Below are positions 1 through 8,233 of a stretch of DNA of 8,233 nucleotides, one piece after another (the first letter of the stretch is position 1; each line of letters starts with the position of its first letter). The notes beneath the pieces are model-generated. The model was not told the origin of the DNA. It made no database searches and saw only the letters and a program-made list of their open reading frames with translations. Position numbers and translations under genes: made by a program. The stretch spans positions 1-8,233 of the forward strand of contig JBHGNT010001456.1 of the NCBI GenBank assembly GCA_043228905.1. Reading direction: 5' to 3'. This DNA is from Azolla caroliniana (lineage: Eukaryota; Plantae; Polypodiophyta).

Positions 1-327
1 AAGCTTCTTCTTCTTGATAATAATTTGACAAAAATGGAACAAAAACTCCATCAAAGTCCTCCGATCATGGATTAAAAATTTGCATTAACTTAGGTACGAA
101 ATAGAAATCAAGGTGCATATGGGCAAGCCTACCGACAAAAGCATTGGCCATGGACATGGCCGTAATGCGATTCGCACATGGTTCTTCCGTGCCTTCTTCT
201 CTTGATCGAAAGACTTATAAATTAAGCTTCTTCTTCGTAATAATAATTTCGACAAAAAAGGAACGAAAACTCCATCAAAGTCATTTTCAATCATGGATCG
301 AATTTTTGGATTAAGATTAACTTGGGT
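1..327. repeat. Diverged direct repeat with about 223 bp spacing (1-~95 vs 224-~327); may continue left of the window
   Basis: aagcttcttcttc..ataataattt(c)gacaaaaa(t/a)ggaac(a/g)aaaactccatcaaagtc..atcatggat..attaactt(a/g)ggt occurs starting at both 1 and 224. Confidence 0.85.
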
Positions 328-413
328 TTTCTTGGATTAAGATTACTTTGGGTCTTTTCTTGGATTAAGATTAACTTGGGTCTTCTTGGATTTAGATTTA
401 ACTTTGGGTCTTC
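306..413. repeat. Minisatellite, 4 copies of a 26-28 bp unit (ttggattaagattaacttgggt(c)ttc)
   Basis: Units at 306-331, 332-359, 360-385 and 386-413, differing by small indels and substitutions. Confidence 0.9.
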
Positions 414-688
414 TTCTTGATCAATTGGAAAAGAAGGACGTGATTTTCAATGCTCATCATTATCTGTGATTAGTGTCTCTCGCGCGCAGGATTAGCAGAA
501 GACTATGATTTATGCTGATAATCAACATTCTCAGGTATTTTGTGATTTGAGATGGACACAAATCTGCAAAGGATGTGAATGTCGTGTTTGTCGAATGTGA
601 ATAAAACTGAAGTGTTGATCCTGGTCTGATCAAAGGTCATGGAGGACAACCATTACAGATAACGTTTGTGATGGCTGTCTGCAATGTC

Positions 689-715
689 AAGAAGAAGCAG
701 AAGAAGAAGAAGAAG
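689..715 (+). repeat. Short imperfect (AAG)n microsatellite in a purine-rich, low-complexity tract
   Basis: aagaagaagcagaagaagaagaagaag; further GAA/GGA-rich runs near 780-800 and 870-930. Confidence 0.75.
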
Positions 716-1049
716 TTCCCATAGCTGTAAAGCACCTTATGCAGCAAGGCATGGAGCATAACCAGCAAAGTCGAAGGCAAAGACAAAAAAGAAGAAGCTT
801 AAGAGCTTGTCATGTTTTGACGATGATTTAGACCATTAAATCTCTTGAATATATCACGGGTTTTCTACCAGTGAAGAAGGAAGACGATTTAGGAGGAGGA
901 AGAGAAGAAGGAATAAATGAGAAGAAAGTTCGAGAATTAGTGACTTTGTTTTTTTAATTCACTATATCTGCAGGATTGGGAAGAAAATATTGCTAACACT
1001 TCTACCCAACAACAACATAAATAATGCTAGTTGTGTCTTACTGTGGCTG

Positions 1050-1790
1050 TGGTGAATACTCTGAGCTTTGACCAAGTATATATGGTCTAGTCTGTAGCCT
1101 TAATAAAGCTCAGCTGTTCGATCTCGGATTGACATGATAACCGGGGAGAGTCCAGATCAGATGTATAGTTTGGAGAAAAGTTCAAACGATGCAAGCTTCG
1201 CGAAGCACCTCTGCTGCAATGAATCTAGCAAAACGCGGACTGAGTCGGTAAGACATTCATTTTGTTTTCCTTTCAGAAATCCTGAGTATTGTTTTCTCTT
1301 TTCCGGTAGGAAAACCCGAAATGGAGTAGATTGTCGAATTACCGGGATAATCTCTCCTCACACACTCTCACATCATGAGAAACAACTGCTAGGATGGGTG
1401 TTCAGAGTATATTACCCCTTCTAAATTTCCTAAAAAGCTTGTAATTTTACGAAGAAAATTATATCTTTGCAAGATAACTAAGACTTAGATGGTCTTCCCA
1501 GTCTTGAATAGAGCAAAGAAAAGAAAAGGGCCAATTTTAATGCAAAAACTTGTATTACCAAAAACGTTCCCAAACTAGTTTTGCTCGACCATGTGAGCCC
1601 CAGAACACCTACTTTGATATTTCAGAGAATGAGCCCCTCTTCTCTTCATATAGGAGGGGAGGGGTATGTGCTCTCATACTGGAATATGGACGTTCTCTTA
1701 AACAACAGTTATATAATGATTATACACTGCAATGGTCATAGTCGGAGCACTATTCGTCCAGAAGGCCAATGGACACCTGAGTGTGGATGG
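1050..1790 (+). mobile_element. Penelope-like retroelement remnant, copy A (frameshifted, stop-containing; N-terminal region plus possible RT motif A/B' remnants)
   Basis: Across frames: NLSSHTL (1349-1369), HEKQLL (1374-1391), YITP (1408-1419), IFAR*LRLRW (1463-1492). This follows the PLE N-terminal pattern NLS..L...E..LL..G.KF.P...F.R.LRL..FF. It is an inverted homolog of copy B (60/78 nt identical, ungapped, 1210-1287 vs 2719-2642, counted by hand). Weaker matches: PQNTYFDISENEPLFSSYRRGGVCAL (1598-1675, motif A-like) and MDVLLNNSYI..TAM (1686-1734, motif B'-like). Boundaries are approximate. Confidence 0.7.
1248..1309 (+). other. Putative 62-nt phase-2 spliceosomal intron in PLE copy A
   Basis: CG|gtaaga...cctgag...ttgttttctcttttccggtag|G. 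Splicing gives MNLAKRGLS-R-KTRNGVDCRIT in one frame. Confidence 0.55.
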
Positions 1791-3205
1791 TAGCCCTTAG
1801 GCCAGAGTATGAGGGATTCTTCCAGCAAATCATTGGTCAAGAAAAGTTACACAACTTGGAGTCTGCTAGAAGAAGTTGAGAGACTTTGGGATTCATACCT
1901 TTGAGTTTTACAGTTCTAGTATACTTGAAGTAAAAATTCTTTAAGTATAGAGGATTCCCATGTTTTGTAATACTTCTTTTACAGGATTGTTGGAGAAGAG
2001 TTGGCCTCCTGCTATACACAATTTTGGCAAAGCTGGCCTTGGAAATCTATCTGGGTAGCCTCTTTCTCGAAGATGTTGGAACAATAGAAGTCCTGTCCTT
2101 TTGAAGTCTTCAATAGTGGTTTCCCCCAAAACATATTGACTTAGGTTTTCTATGATGAATAATGCTTGCTTTCGGTGTTGAGGGTAACTAGACCCAAATG
2201 TTTGTCCGCAGGCATCATGAGAATGTTTTGGGTCTTCCTAAAATTGTTGGGGGCTCTTCATTGATGAAGAGGGAACCTGTTCTGTTGGATGTTAATGCAG
2301 TTTGGATTCCTGCACGATGGAGTCTCCTAAGCTTATGATTCTTTTTGAGGGTGGGTAGAATTTTTATACTTCCAATTTGGATTTGGTTCTTTAGTGGGTT
2401 CTTAAAGAGAGGGATACGCCACTCATCTCTTGACAATATCATCTAAGTGTTATTTGTCTTGCGAAGATGTTTTAGTCTTGACAGGTTTCAGGGTACTTAA
2501 AAAGGGGGTAATATACTTGTGTCCCATTCTAGGAGTCTTTTCTCATGGTGGAAGACTATTTATGATGAGTAATTACGGATGGCCACATTGGTAATCCTAC
2601 GATCTACTTCATTTGGAGTCTTCCTACTAAAAGAAAAAACAACTCAGGATTCGTGAGAGGAAGCCAAAATGAATGTCTGACAGGTTTGCTTGGCCTTTTG
2701 CGAGGTTCATTGGAGCAGAATTCCTTTTTGGAACCAGACATTGGGACGTTCTGGATGTCCTTTGAAAGGGTCAGTGGTGCATTGGAGTCAATGAGTCTCT
2801 CTGCTTCCAAACGGGATGTGCAAGAGTTGCCTCTTTTTCATGTTGTCACTCTGATGCCATTGCCTTTTTCTGGTTCTGGTTGGGGATTTTGGTGGCATTT
2901 TTCCTGGAAATTTTTATGATCTACCTTAGGAAGATCGTGGACTTTTCCTGCTTTGAGTTTACACTGTTGTGTTCCTCTTTAGGACTAGTGCTTGATGTTG
3001 TTGCCCCCCCTTCATTAGGATATTGGCCTTCTTTGATTTTATCTGCTCTACATGCACTTAACCTCAGCATGTGTGAAAGGTTATATAGCTCTTGTTTGGA
3101 GAAGTTTATATAACTACATGATGAAATAAGATAGTCCAGAGTCAAGTTAGTGTGATGCATCATGAATCTTGTTGAGCTCCCCTGCACTTTTATGCTTATG
3201 CTCAC
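1790..3205 (-). mobile_element. Penelope-like retroelement remnant, copy B, internally deleted (N-terminal region and PADK motif joined to thumb/C-terminal region)
   Basis: In order on the minus strand: IRNYSS*IVFHHEKRLL (2580-2530), MGHKYITP (from 2527), IFARQITLR* (2468-2439), EPNPNW (from 2389), LHQ*RAPNNFRKTQNILMMPADKHLGLV (2269-2186). Then YPQHRKQALFIIENLSQYVLGETTIEDFKRTGLLLFQHLRERGYPDRF (2186-2043), a frameshift to FAKIVYSRRPTLL, and PMICWKNP (1836-~1813). These match the PLE motifs I.I.PADK..G.V, HP...K..FI..EL.RY...F...L..RGYP and P.IA(Y/W)K. Support is strong for 1810-2720; the extension to about 3205 is tentative. Confidence 0.8.
2624..2681 (-). other. Putative 58-nt phase-2 spliceosomal intron in PLE copy B (tandem TAGTAG acceptor)
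   Basis: CT|gtcaga...cctgag..ttgttttttcttttagtag|G. Splicing gives MNLAKGQAN-L-KTPNEVDRRITNVAIRNYSS, in frame with the PLE N-terminal motif. Same aligned position and phase as in copy A. Confidence 0.55.
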
Positions 3206-3874
3206 TTTAACCTAAGTTACTTATAGAGAACCCTTTTTGTAGTAATGTCGCTACGTGCTTGTTAGAATACATGGGGTTATATTCTCCATGGTTTGAAAGG
3301 ACAGAAAGAAGATGAGTGCAAGGAAAATACAAGTACATCCAAATGACATTATGTTGTGATGATAACACCATGCACTTACCGAACAAAAATAGTTGGGCTG
3401 GTTATAATAACATGTTACATGATAGATCATGAAGCCTTTACCCTTATATTTCAAAGGTTACTAGATTAATATTATTCTTTTGCCAAACATCACTCATAAT
3501 TCCTCATTTAATTGTAAAACTGGGCATTCAAAAGAACTTGGTTGTATGTATAGTGCAAGTGTCTCCAAAGTCCTTGAAATTTAGCCACTTTGTGATAAAT
3601 ATAGCCTTTTTTTTCTTGCAAACAATATAACGTGCTGTATGAGTCCATTTTATATGTAGTGGAAAAAAGGCTGTTTCAAGAACGAAATGGTGTTGTAGTT
3701 TAGAATATTTCACCTTGTTAGAGGCACTTGCTCTCTTTCCCTTCCCCCATGCCCAAAACTCCTTCCCTCTCAAAGTGTTTCTGTTGCTTTCCAGGTTCAT
3801 GAGCATTACAATAAAGTAAGGAAATGATTGTGATAAGCACTTAACTGCGATGGGAAAACCTAGATTCATTTTAC

Positions 3875-4362
<488 letters not shown>

Positions 4363-4747
4363 TTAAATCTGAATATTGAATGTCATAGATCTTCAAAAAA
4401 AGGCCCTTTGTAGTAGTGGTTAGTTGTTTTGTTCTACTGTTCGGTGTCTCTTTTCATGACTCCATATGGGATGGGCATAATTCACTGTTGAATAGTGATG
4501 ACTTGTGCTTTAAGAAATCATTATTCTGTTTGAGTTTGCAATTTTACACATCATGCTAGTTGGTAGTCCAGGGAAGTGTTTTATCAAAACCAAACTACTT
4601 GGAAGATCTTTGGTTGTTCGTGGTTGAAGCCATTAACATAAGGGTGAACACATTTGTGAGGTTCAAACTGTTGTCAAATGGGTGGACGATCTTGGATCAA
4701 GAGAACATTGCAGATTGGTCGGTCTACAGGAGGGCATAGCCATGACG

Positions 4748-5056
4748 TATAATTTGTTCATGCAATTTGATATAAACTGTAAGGGGGGCACATTATAGAT
4801 ATATCATTGTTGTATAAATCTCTGATTTGGGTTATTTTTCTTCCATTGCATATAATTTGTTCATGCAATTTGATATAAACTGTAGGGGGGGCACATTATA
4901 GATATATCATTGTTGTATAAATCTCTGATTTGGGTTATTTTTCTTCCATTGCATATAATTTGTTCATGCAATTTGATATAAACTGTAGGGGGGACACATT
5001 ATAGATATATCATTGTTGTATAAATCTCTGATTTGGGTTATTTTTCTTCCATTGCA
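4748..5056. repeat. Tandem array, 3 x 103 bp, near-identical
   Basis: Units start at 4748, 4851 and 4954 (tataatttgttcatgcaatttg...ttcttccattgca). The only differences I saw are at the G tract: AAGGGGGGC / AGGGGGGGC / AGGGGGGAC. Confidence 0.97.
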
Positions 5057-5684
5057 TGTTGTGCTTCTCTTGGTCTCTTGCTATTATATCCTCCCCTTCT
5101 AAGATAATATTTGTACCACATATATAATTTGTTGGTTTGTCTTTTCCTTGAAGAGTAATGTGTATGATCTTGTTTAAAGAATTAATGAGCCTAGTGAAAC
5201 ATAAAAAATATGCATTAATAGACTTTCTTTCATGGAGATGTATAACCATCTATTGAAATCTATCATCGGTGTACGATGCAATTTTACCAACATCACATGA
5301 TTTTTAAGATCATGAAAGAAATCACAGGGCTTGTGGCCATAGTGATAAATCTCAGCTTTATTAAGTTTATTCCAAACTGTAGGTCTTCTTTTGAGTATTG
5401 AAAATTTTGCCTTTCAACATCAACATCATGCACATAGTTTTGAGACATTTATCCACAAATAGTAGATCTTGACAATCAATCATGGAATAGTAATTTGGGT
5501 TAAATTTGAATAGAAGAACTAGTTATAGGTATCAGCTTGTTTCAGTTCGGTTTCCTTGGCCTTAAAACCAAACTGAACAATTTATATATACCAAAAACCA
5601 AACAGTTGTCGTGTTGCCAATGGCATGTTTCGAACTCAACACCCTTCCTTGAAAGAATATAATTATCACTTAGAAAACTATTTA

Positions 5685-6850
5685 ATATTTCTTTTATTTT
5701 CCAAGAAAGATACTACATTAGTATTAAAAAAACGCCCTAAGGCTATACATGAAATATGTACATTAGGTAATGACCGTTGTGCTAAGTTCTAATTGTTGGC
5801 TCAAATAATTACTTCAATATAAGGTAGATCTACTCCACCTTATCAAAAATCCGCCTATAAAATATTCATTTGTTTCATATGGCATGAAACTCCAATCGTT
5901 GTAACTTTGTTGGTTACTTATTACTTTTTATATTATCCAAAGAACCTCTGAGGTTATGCACAATCCCTGTCAAATCCCAGAAATGATATGGGCAAGTCTT
6001 TTGGTTACATTTTGGAATATCTTCAAACATCTTGCCTTCCAAATATACCAAATTGTGATGCTACTTACCAATTGCCATATTTCAAGTTTATCAATCTCTA
6101 TTTGTGGATTTAGAGGTATAATTGTTATTCGCATCAAACCATGTCTCATGGCCAGAGCATTTGCAACATCCCCTTGTACATATACCATTGGTTTATCTTA
6201 TACCACCACCCATAATATTGCCCCCATATATATACCACTCAAAGATAGATTGGTATAAACAATATTACAGTTATATTCCATATTTCCATTGCAAAGTCAC
6301 AATTCCACAGACAAAGCTTAGTAGTCACCACTAGATTCATACAAAAAAGGCACATATTGTCTACATTCATCCCTTTTCCCCAACCATTAACTGGTATAGC
6401 TCTATGAACCAACAATCACCGAAAACAAACACTTTTCCTACTCCTTTTATGCCCCACAACCATTTCTTAAATTGCTTGGATGTTGTGGAGAAAGCCGAGA
6501 AAACATGAGTAACCAATTCCTTCCATGATCTACCACCTAAAATTTTCCTATTAATCTTCACAGAATACAAGAAAAAAGCAAATGTTTTTATCAGAGCTTG
6601 AAGATCCCAAGTTAATGAAGATATTGAACTGACACTTTCCTATACAATTCTCCAAGATCCCAAGTTAATGAAGATATTGAACTGACACTTTCCTATACAA
6701 TTCTCCAAGATCCCAAGTTAATGAAGATATTGAACTGACACTTTCCTATACAATTCTCCAAGATCCCAAGTTAATGACGATATTGAACTCCTTTCCATAA
6801 TCCAAAACCTCCAAAAGAGATTCACCTTTTGTGGATCTAGATCTAAGGCC
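5685..6850 (-). mobile_element. Degenerate, 5'-truncated L1-type LINE: ORF2 C-terminal region with zf-RVT domain and an A-rich 3' end
   Basis: Minus strand: KQFKKWLWGIKGVGKV, a frameshift, then CFR*LLVHRAIPVNGWGKGMNVDNMCLFCMNLVVTTKLCLWNCDFAMEIW. This is the zf-RVT CxxC-x-H-x3-C pattern at 6352-6299, with Leu (CTT) at the His position. It is followed by IWQLVSSITIWYIWKARCLKIFQN (about 6080-6010), typical of plant L1 ORF2. An aaaataaaagaaat tract lies near 5700-5687. Ends are approximate. Confidence 0.88.
6601..6789. repeat. Tandem array, about 3.6 x 53 bp, within or at the 5' part of the LINE remnant
   Basis: aagatcccaagttaatgaagatattgaactgacactttcctatacaattctcc at 6601, 6654 and 6707, plus a 30-bp partial copy at 6760-6789 with one substitution (gacgat). 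Confidence 0.97.
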
Positions 6851-6909
6851 TAATTTGATCTATCATTTGCGACCACCCTCACTTCATTATGCAAACAAAA
6901 ACGAAACAA

Positions 6910-7700
6910 ATTAGGGGCCGGTTTAGGTTTGAGATTCCATTATTGGTTTGAGCCCAGTTTAGTTCGGCTTGGGCCATGCCAAACCGGTTAAGGCTTAATC
7001 GGTTTGGCCAAATCAATTAAGCCATAATTGGTTTAAGGATTGGTTCAACTCAAGTTTTAAAATTTCCAAATTGGTTACTGGTTATGGCATAACCGTTTTG
7101 GCTTGGAGAAGGACAAACCAGTTAAGTCGAAACCGAACCATTGCTGATTCCCACAAGTAAGGAAATGTAAAACCAAACCCTATTAAATCGAATAAGGAAA
7201 AGTTAAAACAAAACAAACCATTAAGGAAAGGTGAAACCAAACTATTTAAACTAAATTGTGTGAGGAAACGTTGAAACAAAACAGAATCATTTAATCACAA
7301 ATCTAAACCAAACCATTTATTAGTTAAACAAAAAAGACATAAAAAACTTTTAAGTTAAATTAGTATTAAAACATAAAAATCATTAAATTAATTAAGAATT
7401 AAGTAAAACCAATAAACCATTAAATCAAACCACTTAAATTGATAAGCTATAATAAACCTTCATTTGAGAATCAAACCTAAATAAAACCAAATTGTTTCTT
7501 CATAATTGAAACCAAGTCAAATTGTTTTATTATTTTGAACCTATAAATTGTTAAACCATGGCTTAACGATTCAGTTTCATTTGAGATGAATGAAGGCTCA
7601 TAGCTAAGTAGTTGAACCATTCATAAACCTAATCAAAATAAGGTAATGGACTAAAACTAAAGTTATGTGGTTAAGTAGTGAACCTATTGGTTTATCCTCA
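6910..7700. mobile_element. AT-rich block with dispersed AAACC(A/G)/(T/C)GGTTT motifs and short palindromes; probable decayed non-autonomous DNA transposon
   Basis: Many aaacca/aaaccg/ttggttt motifs, no credible ORF, and palindromes at 6978-7008, 7080-7094 and 7551-7566. I could not define termini or a target-site duplication. Confidence 0.5.
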
Positions 7701-8233
7701 CAAACAATTTAGTTTGCCTACAAGCCAAGAAAAGATAATGTGAAGATTTACTTTAACTGGTACCTTTATCCACCTAGTTGTAGAGACATTGGCATCTCAA
7801 ATGCCAAAGCACATTCAATCCAATAATTAAAATTGTTAATATTCACATTTGCTGAGATATTTCAAATTGTTTATATGGATTTCATGACACGCTTAGGTCT
7901 TTCCAGTTAATAAAATTGATGTTAAAGCTTAATGACTTGAAAGGGCATCGAGTGACCATTAGTGCAACAAAATATCAACTAGGGGAGAGGGACAATTCAA
8001 AACACAATTTAGAGTAGGAGAAAGTTGTTTGTATTAACAATTCATTTGTTGGAGCCAACACATGAAAAGAACATATGAATATTCTTACTTTTACTTTTCA
8101 TAAAGAAAAATCGCCTAACAGTGATTTCCTTTGGATGGGTTGGGCCTTTAAAACATGGACAAAAATAGCCCTCCCTTGAATGCAAAGGATTTCTTTGCTA
8201 CATGCATATTGATTGACACTTCCTTGTCTCTTT

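Noticed and set aside
306-413. CRISPR or telomeric array
   Set aside because: Units are contiguous with no unique spacers and are not TTTAGGG-type repeats.
640-940. Arg/Lys/Glu-rich coding-like stretch
   Set aside because: Explained by GAA-rich low complexity; frames are short or interrupted by stops and no domain is recognisable.
2653-3113. Plus-strand ORFs 2653-2919 and 2880-3113
   Set aside because: They are antisense shadows of PLE copy B with no recognisable motifs.
1050-3300. Hammerhead ribozyme expected in PLE pseudo-LTRs
   Set aside because: A manual scan found no CTGANGA core on either strand. The closest is ctggacga on minus near 1761-1754, which lacks a suitably placed GAAA. A covariance-model search would be decisive.
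4570-4747. Exon-like, GC-richer segment just before the 103-bp array
   Set aside because: All frames are short or contain stops, and I could not assign a family with confidence.
5956-6334. Plus-strand ORFs 5956-6258 and 6122-6334
   Set aside because: They are antisense to the LINE ORF2 remnant.
6601-6789. CRISPR-like 30 bp repeat / 23 bp spacer layout
   Set aside because: The spacers are identical, there are no cas genes, and the context is eukaryotic LINE sequence; it is a plain tandem repeat.
7760-7920. Possible second LINE fragment on minus (ILIIGLNVLWHLRCQCLY) and a ttggcat/atgccaa hairpin
   Set aside because: Too short and degenerate to separate from chance; a 7-bp stem is expected at random in a window this size.

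Overview
AT-rich eukaryotic DNA, most likely a land plant (inferred from the LINE type and repeat motifs), made up almost entirely of decayed mobile elements. I found no intact, nameable gene, RNA gene or CRISPR array. The main observation is at about 1050-3205: two diverged, paralogous Penelope-like retroelement (PLE) remnants lie tail-to-tail (copy A on +, copy B on -). Both appear to carry a small phase-2 GT-AG intron at the same position (62 nt and 58 nt), and splicing joins the same two reading frames in each. Copy B seems to have lost its whole RT core, because the PADK motif runs straight into the thumb region. Copy A may keep degraded RT motif A/B' remnants. The window also holds a decayed L1-type LINE 3' portion with a zf-RVT domain (about 5685-6850, -), near-perfect tandem arrays (103 bp x3; 53 bp x3.6), diverged repeats at the left edge, and an AACC/GGTT-motif, palindrome-rich block (about 6910-7700) resembling a non-autonomous DNA transposon. 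All family assignments come from manual translation and motif recognition, not database searches.
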